From a virus (taxonomy: Duplodnaviria > Caudoviricetes), in the IMG/VR virus record IMGVR_UViG_3300016486_001578: a stretch of DNA of 64,000 bases; one strand, given 5' to 3'. The number at the start of each line of letters is the position of its first letter. Within the stretch, counting starts at the first letter, position 1. The notes beneath the pieces were generated by a model that did not search any database, had not been told where the DNA came from, and was given only the letters and a program-made list of their open reading frames with translations. Positions 18,416 to 28,103 of this stretch are shown here, one piece after another. A program made the position numbers and the translations under genes.

Positions 18416-19228
18416 AATATAATTATCAAATTTTTTATTTTTTGATAAACATCGCCACCTAATTGTAACAACTGGTATTTCTTTATCTTTTGAAGCATCA
18501 CCATAGGAATCATATATTTTTCCATCTATTGAGAGTTTAACTCTATTTGACGGCTTTATACCCATTCTTTTTTTACTAATTTTATTTTTAGTTTCATCAC
18601 TATGTTTTTTACCATAGAATCCATTTTTTTCACCTATTCTTTGTGAAGCTAAAAAAGATAGCTTCTCACTTATTCTTTTTGATATTTCTTCGCCATATAA
18701 TTCAGTGTTTGTTTTTCCAAACCTATTTCTTAGTCCATTTTTCAAATTAGATTTTTGATAATTTGAAAAATCTAATTTCATTTTATCAGACCATCTATTG
18801 CCATAATTTGGATTTAATTTACCTATTTTGCCCCATTTTTCTTTTTTTCCTTTTGTTGTCATATTTGATATGTTATAATTAACAGACTCTTTAATTCTAT
18901 TTATTATATCTATTCTTTTTGGATTATTTGTTAGGTTATCTCCACCAGAAGCACCAGTGCTTATATTTAATACATTTTCATTAAATGGTAAAATACTTTT
19001 CAAATATTTTTGCTCTGTTATTAATAATTCTTTTACTTTACATAATTCTATAACCTCAAATTTAAAATTATCTAATCCATATTTATTAAAAACTCTTTGT
19101 AATTTTATATTTATGTGTTTATTTTTATTTAAATCATCTATATGTCTTTTCCACCTTTTTTCTATATTTTTTGATGATCCTATGTAGAATTTTTCACCAC
19201 AACTAATTTTATATATTCCTGAACTCAT
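18407..19228 (-). CDS. GIY-YIG homing endonuclease (intact, NUMOD3 motif)
   Basis: SGIYKI...FYIGSS...RWKRH...EQ and FYGKKHSDETKNKISK. Confidence 0.9.
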   Translation of the reverse strand: MSSGIYKISCGEKFYIGSSKNIEKRWKRHIDDLNKNKHINIKLQRVFNKYGLDNFKFEVIELCKVKELLITEQKYLKSILPFNENVLNISTGASGGDNLTNNPKRIDIINRIKESVNYNISNMTTKGKKEKWGKIGKLNPNYGNRWSDKMKLDFSNYQKSNLKNGLRNRFGKTNTELYGEEISKRISEKLSFLASQRIGEKNGFYGKKHSDETKNKISKKRMGIKPSNRVKLSIDGKIYDSYGDASKDKEIPVVTIRWRCLSKNKKFDNYILI

Positions 19229-19311
19229 ATATTATTTATTAAATAGTTAGATGTCCCCTTTAGTAAACTAATGAAATTTATTTTTATATAAAAATAAATA
19301 ATTAAAAACAA

Positions 19312-19803
19312 ATGAACAACGAAACTAATTACCGAGAAAAAATATTAGAGAGCATAAGAGAGATTAAAAACGATGATATTAAAAAAATGAATTTTGATCA
19401 AAAATCTGGACCAATAACTAATATAATTGAAGAACAAAAAGTATATTTCTGGATAAGATTATATTTAAATGAAGAAAATGCCATTAATATTGGTGAAAAA
19501 ATAATAATTAAGTGGAAACAAAGTGGTGAAGAGTTAGAAACACAATTCATGGCTTATGGCAAAGAAGGACTTAATAGAGACAGGGCCGAAGATTTAGTAA
19601 ATTATGTTCTAGAAGATGATAAAAAAGTATTAACACTAATGGTTGATACCAAAGAAGTAGATATGAGTGATGATATTCCTTTTATAAGAACCCTATTCAA
19701 AACTAGCCGCCATTATGAATATAGATTAGTAAAAAGAATAGACTTAGTTTTTATAAATAAAGAAACCGGTGAAGAATTGGATTATTATGATTGTGATTTT
19801 TAA
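19312..19803 (+). CDS. Hypothetical protein
   Basis: ORF preceded by AAAC-N18-TATAA. Confidence 0.6.
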   Translation: MNNETNYREKILESIREIKNDDIKKMNFDQKSGPITNIIEEQKVYFWIRLYLNEENAINIGEKIIIKWKQSGEELETQFMAYGKEGLNRDRAEDLVNYVLEDDKKVLTLMVDTKEVDMSDDIPFIRTLFKTSRHYEYRLVKRIDLVFINKETGEELDYYDCDF

Positions 19804-19848
19804 CTAAATTGTGTTAACTTTACTAAATATATAAAAATAAAAAATAAA

Positions 19849-20445
19849 ATGACAAGAACTATACACCCAACGATTATACAAAAGGTAGTAGAAAAAGAAG
19901 ACCATTGGTTAGTTTCCATTAAAGAGGGGGATATAAAATTACTAAAATCAACACACATAAAAGCACCAATCGTTAGATATGTTTACTCATTTGAGTGCAA
20001 GGGTGATGTAATCACAAAAATAATGATGCTAACTGCTGATATTTGTGTTTTCTCTGGTGATTATGTTTTGTTAATAACAAGAAAATCAAACCCATTTAGA
20101 GGAATGAAAGCCTTACCGGGCGGAATAATAGATCCAGGAGAGACCCCTATCATAGCCGCTAAAAGAGAATTGAAAGAAGAAACTAATTTAGATTGTGATA
20201 TCAAAGATCTAATAGGAATTGGTATTTTTGATGATCCAAATAGAGACCCAAGAAACAGACATGTTATATCTTATGTATTCTCATTTATTGCTCCAGATTC
20301 ACAAGAATTTAGAGATATAGCAGAGGGATTAGATGATGCTGAAGAGGCTCATTGGGAAAAAATAGAAGAGGCTAGGGAATTTGAATTAGCATTCGACCAT
20401 AGTAATATCCTTAAAGAAGCAATATCTAAAAATTATTTTAAATAG
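19849..20445 (+). CDS. Nudix hydrolase (ADP-ribose pyrophosphatase-like)
   Basis: Nudix box GGIIDPGETPIIAAKRELKEETNL, plus RDPR and LAFDH. Confidence 0.9.
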   Translation: MTRTIHPTIIQKVVEKEDHWLVSIKEGDIKLLKSTHIKAPIVRYVYSFECKGDVITKIMMLTADICVFSGDYVLLITRKSNPFRGMKALPGGIIDPGETPIIAAKRELKEETNLDCDIKDLIGIGIFDDPNRDPRNRHVISYVFSFIAPDSQEFRDIAEGLDDAEEAHWEKIEEAREFELAFDHSNILKEAISKNYFK

Positions 20446-20653
20446 TCTTATAACCCGATACCCAGGCTATTTCTCTTTTTCCTATATCTGATAAAAAAGA
20501 ATTAAACCTATCTAGTATAATTGCTGGCTCTCCATCCACATATCTGATAATATCACTAACCCATTTTCTATTGTATAATCTTCTATACGATGTTTTTTAC
20601 ACATTCTATGTATATTAAAAACAGTAGAAATACTTTGTATATTTTTAGTATAT

Positions 20654-20983
20654 TTGTATATGTTTAATAAGATAAAAGGAAAAGGAAATCATATGGGTTA
20701 TTCAAGATATAAGGGACAAACTAAATCTGAATTTAATAAGAATTATAAAAGAGTTAATGATATAATTGATAAATCACTTGGTGATGTTGACAAAGAAACT
20801 TCTTTGGCCCGTAGACAAGCCAATCTAATTAAAGACGAACACAAAGCTATAAACAGAGCAATGGCCGCAAAAGAAATTGGGAACATTCCTATATTTGAGG
20901 TTTTCTTTAAAAGAGCACACGAACTCGGTAGTGTATCCACACAAGATTATAGAAGTTATAGATTACAAAAATTAGGAATCTAA
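20654..20983 (+). CDS. Hypothetical protein
   Basis: ORF with TATATTTG (-7-like) at its start. Confidence 0.55.
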   Translation: MYMFNKIKGKGNHMGYSRYKGQTKSEFNKNYKRVNDIIDKSLGDVDKETSLARRQANLIKDEHKAINRAMAAKEIGNIPIFEVFFKRAHELGSVSTQDYRSYRLQKLGI

Positions 20984-20990
20984 TAGCTAA

Positions 20991-22964
20991 CTAAGTATAT
21001 AAGAATAGTTCATACTTTATTTTACCACAATCCCATATTCTATATAAACCAATGGATCTCATATAAGTGCTCTCAGTTATTTTCGACCCTTTTATCCCTA
21101 GTTTACTTTTTTTAAACCTAGATTTATGGACCCTTTTGTTTTCTGTGATGTATTTATAATCAGGATTAGACATACTCACTAATTTAAATTTTAAATTCAG
21201 ATAAAGATTACCAAGTGACCAATCTCTATCTGCATAACTAATTACCCTAGTTGGGTTGTAATTTTTGATAAAGAAATTTAATAATTTACTAGCCCCACCA
21301 ACAACAGACATATTTAATTTATTGCAAAATCTTGATAAATTCCAACCACTTTCTTCCATCTTCTTCCGACCTTCATTTTTATCAAAGGTCATAATAGATA
21401 TTAGTTCTTTTTTGTAGAATAAACCAATTGATACTTTGTTATTTGAAGAACCTCCTTGTATGTGATTATCATTTAAAAATTCATTAATGGTTTTATAATC
21501 CTTTATTTCTTTAACAACACAATTTCTGGCATATATCCTTTCGTTGGTTAATCCCAACCAATTTATAATTTGACTTTCTAGTATATTTCTTTTGAATGTC
21601 CAATCATCTTCCCAGATATGAATAATCCTTATTCCTTTTTCTTCAAAGTGTCTACTCTTATTTAAATGATAGTTTTTATCTTTAAATTCTTCTGAGTGCC
21701 AATATAACCCATTTAATTCAAATCCTATTTTTAATTCCGGTAAATAAATATCAATTTCTAAACCATCACGATATGATTGAATTATTTTACCATCATATAT
21801 TGAATCTATAAAATTAAATAGTTCTTTTTCTTTTATTGAAACTGAATCACCAATTGGATTACAAACGGTACATAGAGGGATATTTGATTTTTTTCTCTTT
21901 GTGTAATTATCAATATCTATATCAAACTCATGTGGAAGGTCATAATCACAAGAAAATAAAGAAATTCCATTATTTTTGTACTCTATATAATACATGTCAT
22001 TGGTTATTCTATATTTTAGCCTATATTCTATATTTTTACTTATATGCTCCTCATTATATTTTTCAATATTTGTCTTTTTGATTTTATCTGATATCTCTTT
22101 TATTGAATTCAAGTTGAGCGTTCCGTATTTTTTTATTATTGAACTTCTTATCTTATTCTTTACCCTATCTGATTTTGATGGATTATCAACTCCATATCTG
22201 TCTATATTTGTTGATTTTATTTTATTTTTTATATCAATATTCTGTATTGGAAATTCTACTCCCAATTTTTTAAAATTAGTTTTTTTTAGTTTAGTTATAA
22301 AATCTTTGTTCTGTAAAGCATACTCAACTCCATATCTTTCTAACATAGTTTCTTTTGTCTTTTTCTTAAACTCGTCCAATTTTAGTGGATTATCAACCCC
22401 ATATTTTTCTAAGAAGTAGGATCTTAATTTGCTCTTTATTTCCTCTGAATGCATAGCATACTCAACTCCATATCTTTCTAACATAGTTTCTTTTGCCTTT
22501 TTCCTTATACTATCAACCCTTGATGGATTATCAACCCCATATTTATTGATGTTAGTTTTCTTTGTCTTTTTGATGATAGATATATTTTGTGTTGCCCAAT
22601 CATGTCCAAATTTTTTGTTATTTGTGGCTTTTACTCTATCCTTTATACCTTTTGACTTTGATGGATTATCAACCCCATACCTTTTTAAGTTAGTTTCTCT
22701 TCTCTTTGATTTAATAGACTTGCTATTATACATACACTTTCTAGAACAAAAATTTCTAAACCCATTTATCATATCAATGAACTTAACCTTATTTCCACAA
22801 TAACAAATAGGTAGCACCTTCATATCATTTTCATATAGATAGAATTTTTCTTTAAATGTTGTATAGTCTATTTTTTTATCACTTATTGATAGCCACAAAT
22901 CATAATTTTTTTTCTTAATACCATTTTCTGATAATCTATATAACTCTGTGTTCTTTGTTTCCAT
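20991..22964 (-). CDS. Putative homing endonuclease with KYGVDNP-type repeats and a Vsr-like PD-(D/E)xK domain
   Basis: About 9 (K/R)YGV-type repeats; EIDIYLPELKIGFELNGLYWHS; IHIWEDDW; C-terminal YADRDWS...WDCG domain. Confidence 0.75.
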   Translation of the reverse strand: METKNTELYRLSENGIKKKNYDLWLSISDKKIDYTTFKEKFYLYENDMKVLPICYCGNKVKFIDMINGFRNFCSRKCMYNSKSIKSKRRETNLKRYGVDNPSKSKGIKDRVKATNNKKFGHDWATQNISIIKKTKKTNINKYGVDNPSRVDSIRKKAKETMLERYGVEYAMHSEEIKSKLRSYFLEKYGVDNPLKLDEFKKKTKETMLERYGVEYALQNKDFITKLKKTNFKKLGVEFPIQNIDIKNKIKSTNIDRYGVDNPSKSDRVKNKIRSSIIKKYGTLNLNSIKEISDKIKKTNIEKYNEEHISKNIEYRLKYRITNDMYYIEYKNNGISLFSCDYDLPHEFDIDIDNYTKRKKSNIPLCTVCNPIGDSVSIKEKELFNFIDSIYDGKIIQSYRDGLEIDIYLPELKIGFELNGLYWHSEEFKDKNYHLNKSRHFEEKGIRIIHIWEDDWTFKRNILESQIINWLGLTNERIYARNCVVKEIKDYKTINEFLNDNHIQGGSSNNKVSIGLFYKKELISIMTFDKNEGRKKMEESGWNLSRFCNKLNMSVVGGASKLLNFFIKNYNPTRVISYADRDWSLGNLYLNLKFKLVSMSNPDYKYITENKRVHKSRFKKSKLGIKGSKITESTYMRSIGLYRIWDCGKIKYELFLYT

Positions 22965-23039
22965 ATCTAGTAATTATTTAATTTATATATTAAACTATCT
23001 ATGTTATGTTTTGTATAAATATCAAATAAAATATAAAAT

Positions 23040-24743
23040 TTGTTAGTAGACACTCAATATAAAAATGGTAAGTTAATAGTCAGTTACGTGGATAAAACTG
23101 GTGGAATAAAATTAAAATATTATAATTGGGACAATCCAATGAAATATATAACTTGTGATGATGATGATAATGGTAAACATCCTAATTATAAATCATGGGA
23201 TGGTAAATCAGTAAAACAAGTAGAAGTAAATTACCCTGATAGATACGCAGTTTATGAGTTTCTGGATTCTCTCCCAGAGGAAGAAAGATTGGAGATATTT
23301 GAATTTAATACTCCTAAAATATATTTCATAGATATTGAAACAGAAATTGTTGATGGGTTTCCCGAGGCTGAAGACATCTTAGATAAAGAGGGTAATGTCA
23401 AAAAAGAAGGAGCCTGTACTAGTGTGTTATCTATATCAGTTGTTTATGATGATAAAATCATATTACTTGGTCTTAGGGATATGCCACAAGACATGCAAGA
23501 CAGAATAAAGAACAATACAAACAAATACTTCAAGAAGATAAATAATGACATAGATTATAAATTTAAATACGTTAAGTATGATGATGAATTTGATATGCTT
23601 TATAACTTTTTCTATAAGATGGTTCCTAAAATGCCTTTATTGACTGGGTGGAACTTCCTTAATTATGATTGGTTGTATTTAGTGAATAGAGCAAAGAAAT
23701 TAAAAAAATACACAAATGGTAAAGAATATGTTATAAACCCAGCAGTTTCATCTCTCACAAAGAGGTTGAATAAAAAATGGGGTTCTAATTGTGAGCTACC
23801 AGCTCATAGAATGATTTTTGATTATATGCAATTATATGAAATAGCCGATTCTTCTATTAAAGTTAAAGAAAGTTCTTCATTGGATTTTGTTTCTGGTAAA
23901 TTAGTTGGGGTTGATAAGATTAAATTCATAAATTCTATATTCAAATTAAACCAAGATTGCTCTATGAAAGGATATGATTTTAAACAAGATGAAATTTGCC
24001 GAAAAGATGGTGATGGTTATTATATGTATGTTGGTACTGATAGAATCGAATTTAGTCTATCGGAGTTTTCATCTTATAAAGACTTATTTAGAGAAGTAAA
24101 TGTTTCTAACTTACAAACATTATACAATGAGGATTTTGAGATTTATATGTACTACAATGCGGTGGATTCGGTTCTTGTTCAAAAAATACACGAATCTCGT
24201 AATTATATATCAATAATATTTGCGATATCTTCCTTAGCACAAATTAAGATAGTTGATGTAGTTTCATCAATGAATAATGCTTTGGGATCATTGGCTATTA
24301 CAGAGGGAGTTTTAAGAAATAGATTTAGAAATCAAGATAATATTGTCTTATTTAAAGAAGAAAAACATGATGCTGAATCTACCATTGCTGGTGGGTGGGT
24401 AAAAGACCCTGTTATGGGTATGAATCAGTGGGTTGTTTGTTATGATTTTGCGAGCTTGTATCCTCGCACCCAGGCGCAGTTCTTTATATCACCAGAGAAC
24501 TTTATAGGGGTTCAATCATCTTCTGATAAGACACTATGTACCAATGGTGAGTCAATACATCCAACAAATCATGTTGTTTGTGTCAATGGTGTGGTTTTTA
24601 ATAAGAGGATGTCCCCAACACTATTGATGTTAGAGGATGTCTATTCTGATAGAAAGAAAAATAAGAAGATAATGATGGATAAGAAAGAGGAACTAAATGA
24701 CGTACTTTTGGAGATAGCTAAGTTGGAATCCGATTTGGTATAA
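23040..24743 (+). CDS. Family-B DNA polymerase, N-terminal subunit (exonuclease plus motif A; T4 gp43A-like)
   Basis: DIETE (ExoI), GWNFLNYD (ExoII), YNAVD (ExoIII) and DFASLYP (motif A); stops in the fingers without KxxxNSxYG or YGDTDS. Confidence 0.9.
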   Translation: MLVDTQYKNGKLIVSYVDKTGGIKLKYYNWDNPMKYITCDDDDNGKHPNYKSWDGKSVKQVEVNYPDRYAVYEFLDSLPEEERLEIFEFNTPKIYFIDIETEIVDGFPEAEDILDKEGNVKKEGACTSVLSISVVYDDKIILLGLRDMPQDMQDRIKNNTNKYFKKINNDIDYKFKYVKYDDEFDMLYNFFYKMVPKMPLLTGWNFLNYDWLYLVNRAKKLKKYTNGKEYVINPAVSSLTKRLNKKWGSNCELPAHRMIFDYMQLYEIADSSIKVKESSSLDFVSGKLVGVDKIKFINSIFKLNQDCSMKGYDFKQDEICRKDGDGYYMYVGTDRIEFSLSEFSSYKDLFREVNVSNLQTLYNEDFEIYMYYNAVDSVLVQKIHESRNYISIIFAISSLAQIKIVDVVSSMNNALGSLAITEGVLRNRFRNQDNIVLFKEEKHDAESTIAGGWVKDPVMGMNQWVVCYDFASLYPRTQAQFFISPENFIGVQSSSDKTLCTNGESIHPTNHVVCVNGVVFNKRMSPTLLMLEDVYSDRKKNKKIMMDKKEELNDVLLEIAKLESDLV

Positions 24744-24905
24744 GGAAGCAAAGTATTTTAATATGTAGAAATCATTCCTTTCTTTGGTTCCGTTTCCAAA
24801 ATAAGAATAAGGAATTTCGAATATTTCAATTTCATCCATTATCATGCCTATTGTATCCTTTATATCATCGGACTTACTTTCAAATAATTTATTATATTGC
24901 TTCAT
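24693..24905 (-). CDS. Hypothetical small protein
   Basis: MKQYNKLFES N-terminus; coupled to the upstream HAD gene. Confidence 0.4.
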   Translation of the reverse strand: MKQYNKLFESKSDDIKDTIGMIMDEIEIFEIPYSYFGNGTKERNDFYILKYFASLYQIGFQLSYLQKYVI

Positions 24906-25537
24906 ATTACTTTTATTGTTTCGAAGTTTAAATTAGGTATCTCTCCATTAACTACTTTTTTTGCGCTTTTTATTATCTTTTTATTATCCTCATAAAATAT
25001 AGCTTTCTTGAAATTATCTTTTCTTACTATCTCTACTATTTTTTTGCCCTTCCATTGTCCAGCATTTTTTTGATACTTAGGTCTCATGTGAATCCCATAC
25101 TTAGGTTTCTCTAGTCCTAGATTATTCATCACTTCTAGTAATTTATCTCTTAAATCATCTGGTCTAGCCGTAACGATACATTTATTTTCGGTGGAGTTAT
25201 AAAATTCTGACAACTCTTTAACAGATTTTGGTGTGCTATCATCAGTATAGATAAACAAATCAGGACAAGTTATATAAACACGAGCCTTCTTTCTTACCCA
25301 GTTTCCTAATACCTTTATTTCTGAATTTGGATCTGGTATAAATATCCTACCATTATCTATTTTTAAATCTTTTATACCTTTATTGATATTAATTAATGAT
25401 TTATCTAATAAATTTTTTGCGGATAAATTTTCGTTGATATACTTAGATATAACTTCTTCAAATTTTGGCGTTTTAACTAATGTATCGTCAAAATCAAAGA
25501 TGTGTATAGTATTAAAGTCTAGATATTTTTTTACCAT
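24902..25537 (-). CDS. HAD-superfamily phosphatase
   Basis: FDFDDTL, VTAR, K and YEDN motifs. Confidence 0.8.
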   Translation of the reverse strand: MVKKYLDFNTIHIFDFDDTLVKTPKFEEVISKYINENLSAKNLLDKSLININKGIKDLKIDNGRIFIPDPNSEIKVLGNWVRKKARVYITCPDLFIYTDDSTPKSVKELSEFYNSTENKCIVTARPDDLRDKLLEVMNNLGLEKPKYGIHMRPKYQKNAGQWKGKKIVEIVRKDNFKKAIFYEDNKKIIKSAKKVVNGEIPNLNFETIKVI

Positions 25538-25562
25538 ATTTTATATATTAATATATAGGATG

Positions 25563-26324
25563 ATGAAATACCTAAAAATATTTGAAAACTTTAATTCTGA
25601 TGAGAAAATTCATGAAATTTGTAAAAAATATAATATCAAAAATTATACTATAAATCCGGATGGATCAATAGATGTTGATGGTGATGTTTATTTATATAGA
25701 AAAGGATTAACTAAAATTCCACTGAAGTTTAGAAAAGTTAGTGGATATTTTGATTGCCATGATAACCAATTAACTTCACTAGAGTTTGCTCCAACTTCAG
25801 TCGGTGGATATTTTAATTGTTCTAGTAATAAATTAACTTCATTAGAAGGTGCTCCAACTTCAGTCGGTGGCGGTTTTTATTGCCATTATAATCAAATAAC
25901 TTCACTAGAGTTTGCTCCAACTTCAGTCGGTGGTAATTTTTATTGTAATAATAATAAATTAACTTCATTAGAAGGTGCTCCAACTTCAGTCGGTGGATAT
26001 TTTTATTGCCATGATAACCGATTAACTTCATTAGAAGGTGCTCCAACTTCAGTCGGTGGAGATTTTAATTGCAATTATAATCAAATAACTTCATTAGAGG
26101 GTGCTCCTCTTTCAGTCGGTGGTAATTTTTATTGTAAAAATAATCCAGTCTATGAAGTCTGGAAATTATTTAAAGATTTGGATAAAATAGAAATTCTAAG
26201 TGATTCTGACATCTTTAGGGAGGTTGATGGAAAGCCCGGTATTATTTTAGATAGGCTAAATTCATTCTTAGAAGACATAGGAAAAGGATCGGTTAATAAA
26301 GTTGAAGGATATATTAATATATAG
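25563..26324 (+). CDS. LRR-like repeat protein, paralog 1 (6 x 21-aa repeats)
   Basis: (L/I)TSLE(G/F)APTSVGGxFxCxxN repeats; start reassigned to MKYLKIFENF. Confidence 0.85.
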   Translation: MKYLKIFENFNSDEKIHEICKKYNIKNYTINPDGSIDVDGDVYLYRKGLTKIPLKFRKVSGYFDCHDNQLTSLEFAPTSVGGYFNCSSNKLTSLEGAPTSVGGGFYCHYNQITSLEFAPTSVGGNFYCNNNKLTSLEGAPTSVGGYFYCHDNRLTSLEGAPTSVGGDFNCNYNQITSLEGAPLSVGGNFYCKNNPVYEVWKLFKDLDKIEILSDSDIFREVDGKPGIILDRLNSFLEDIGKGSVNKVEGYINI

Positions 26325-26328
26325 TTTA

Positions 26329-27342
26329 ATGAAGCACCTAAAAATATTTGAAAACTTTAATTCTGATGAGAAAATTCATGAAATTTGTAGAAAATATAAT
26401 ATCGAAAATTATACTATAAATCCGGATGGATCAATAGATGTTGATGGTGATGTTTATTTATATAGAAAAGGATTAACTAAAATTCCACTGAAGTTTAGAA
26501 AAGTTAGTGGTCATTTTTATTGCCATAATAACAAATTAACTTCATTAGAGGGCTCTCCAACTTCAGTCGGTGGTGATTTTAGTTGTGATGATAATAAATT
26601 AACTTCATTAGAAGGTGCTCCAAAGTCGATCGGTGGAGATTTTAATTGCAATTATAACCAATTAACTTCATTAGAAGGTGCTCCAACTTCAGTTGGTGGT
26701 AAATTTAATTGCGGTGGTAACCAATTAACTTCATTAGAAGGTTCTCCAACTTCAGTCGGTGGATATTTTTATTGCCATGATAACCGATTAACTTCATTAG
26801 AGTTTGCTCCAACTTCAGTCGGTGGTAATTTTGATTGTCATAATAACAAATTAACTTCACTAGAGTTTGCTCCAACTTCAGTCGGTGGAGGTTTTTATTG
26901 TCATAATAGCAAATTAACTTCATTAGAAGGTGCTCCAACTTCAGTCGGTGGTGATTTTTATTGCCATTATAACCGATTAACTTCATTAGAGGGCTCTCCA
27001 ACTTCAGTCGGTGGTGATTTTTATTGTGATAATAATCAATTAACTTCATTAGAAGGTGCTCCAACTTCAGTTGGTGGTAAATTTAATTGCCATGATAATC
27101 AAATAACTTCATTAGAAGGTTCTCCTCTTTCAGTCGGTGGCCATTTTTATTGTTATAATAATCCAGTCTATGAGGTATACAATCTATTCAATGATAAAGA
27201 CAAAATAGAACTTCTAAACGACTATGACATCTTTAGAAAGGTTAATGGAAACCCAGCTATTATTTTAGATAGGCTAAATTCATTCCTAGAAGACATAGGA
27301 AAAGAATCGGTTACTGAAGTTAAAGGATATATTAATATATAG
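26329..27342 (+). CDS. LRR-like repeat protein, paralog 2 (10 repeats)
   Basis: Same N-cap and repeats; divergent C-cap. Confidence 0.85.
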   Translation: MKHLKIFENFNSDEKIHEICRKYNIENYTINPDGSIDVDGDVYLYRKGLTKIPLKFRKVSGHFYCHNNKLTSLEGSPTSVGGDFSCDDNKLTSLEGAPKSIGGDFNCNYNQLTSLEGAPTSVGGKFNCGGNQLTSLEGSPTSVGGYFYCHDNRLTSLEFAPTSVGGNFDCHNNKLTSLEFAPTSVGGGFYCHNSKLTSLEGAPTSVGGDFYCHYNRLTSLEGSPTSVGGDFYCDNNQLTSLEGAPTSVGGKFNCHDNQITSLEGSPLSVGGHFYCYNNPVYEVYNLFNDKDKIELLNDYDIFRKVNGNPAIILDRLNSFLEDIGKESVTEVKGYINI

Positions 27343-27346
27343 TTTA

Positions 27347-28045
27347 ATGAAACACCTAAAAATATTTGAAAACTTTAATTCTGATGAGAAAATTCATGAA
27401 ATTTGTAAAAAATATAATATCGAAAATTATACTATAAATCCGGATGGATCAATAGATGTTGATGGTGATGTTTATTTAGATGAAGAATCATTAACTAAAA
27501 TTCCACTGAAGTTTAGAAAAGTTAGTGGTCATTTTTATTGCAATTATAACCGATTAACTTCATTAGAAGGTTCTCCAACTTCAGTCGGTGGAGGTTTTTA
27601 TTGCCATGATAACCAATTAACTTCATTAGAAGGTGCTCCAACTTCAGTTGGTGGAGGTTTTTATTGCCATAATAATCAAATAACTTCATTAGAAGGTGCT
27701 CCAACTTCAGTCGGTGGTGATTTTTATTGCCATAATAACCAATTAACTTCATTAGAAGGTGCTCCTCTTTCAGTCGGTGGCCATTTTCATTGCCATTATA
27801 ATCAAATAACTTCATTAGAGGGTGCTCCTCTTTCAGTCGGTGGTAATTTTTATTGTAAAAATAATCCAGTCTATGAAGTCTGGAAATTATTTAAAGATTT
27901 GGATAAAATAGAAATTCTAAGTGATTCTGACATCTTTAGGGAGGTTGATGGAAAGCCCGGTATTATTTTAGATAGGCTAAATTCATTCCTAGAAGACATA
28001 GGAAAAGAATCGGTTAATAAAGTTGAAGGATATATTAATATTTAG
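27347..28045 (+). CDS. LRR-like repeat protein, paralog 3 (5 repeats)
   Basis: Same architecture; C-cap nearly identical to paralog 1. Confidence 0.85.
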   Translation: MKHLKIFENFNSDEKIHEICKKYNIENYTINPDGSIDVDGDVYLDEESLTKIPLKFRKVSGHFYCNYNRLTSLEGSPTSVGGGFYCHDNQLTSLEGAPTSVGGGFYCHNNQITSLEGAPTSVGGDFYCHNNQLTSLEGAPLSVGGHFHCHYNQITSLEGAPLSVGGNFYCKNNPVYEVWKLFKDLDKIEILSDSDIFREVDGKPGIILDRLNSFLEDIGKESVNKVEGYINI

Positions 28046-28103
28046 ATTATTAATTAAACTATATTCCTTATATTCTGTATAACTCATAAATAATAATACC
28101 TAT

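Noticed and set aside
25383-25562. N-terminal extension of LRR paralog 1 given by the ORF track
   Set aside because: It overlaps the divergent HAD gene, and the paralogs show the true start is MKYLKIFENF after TAATATATA.
25563-28045. CRISPR array or complete DGR
   Set aside because: The repeats are in-frame 63-bp coding units without unique spacers. No cas gene, reverse transcriptase or non-coding template repeat is in the window.
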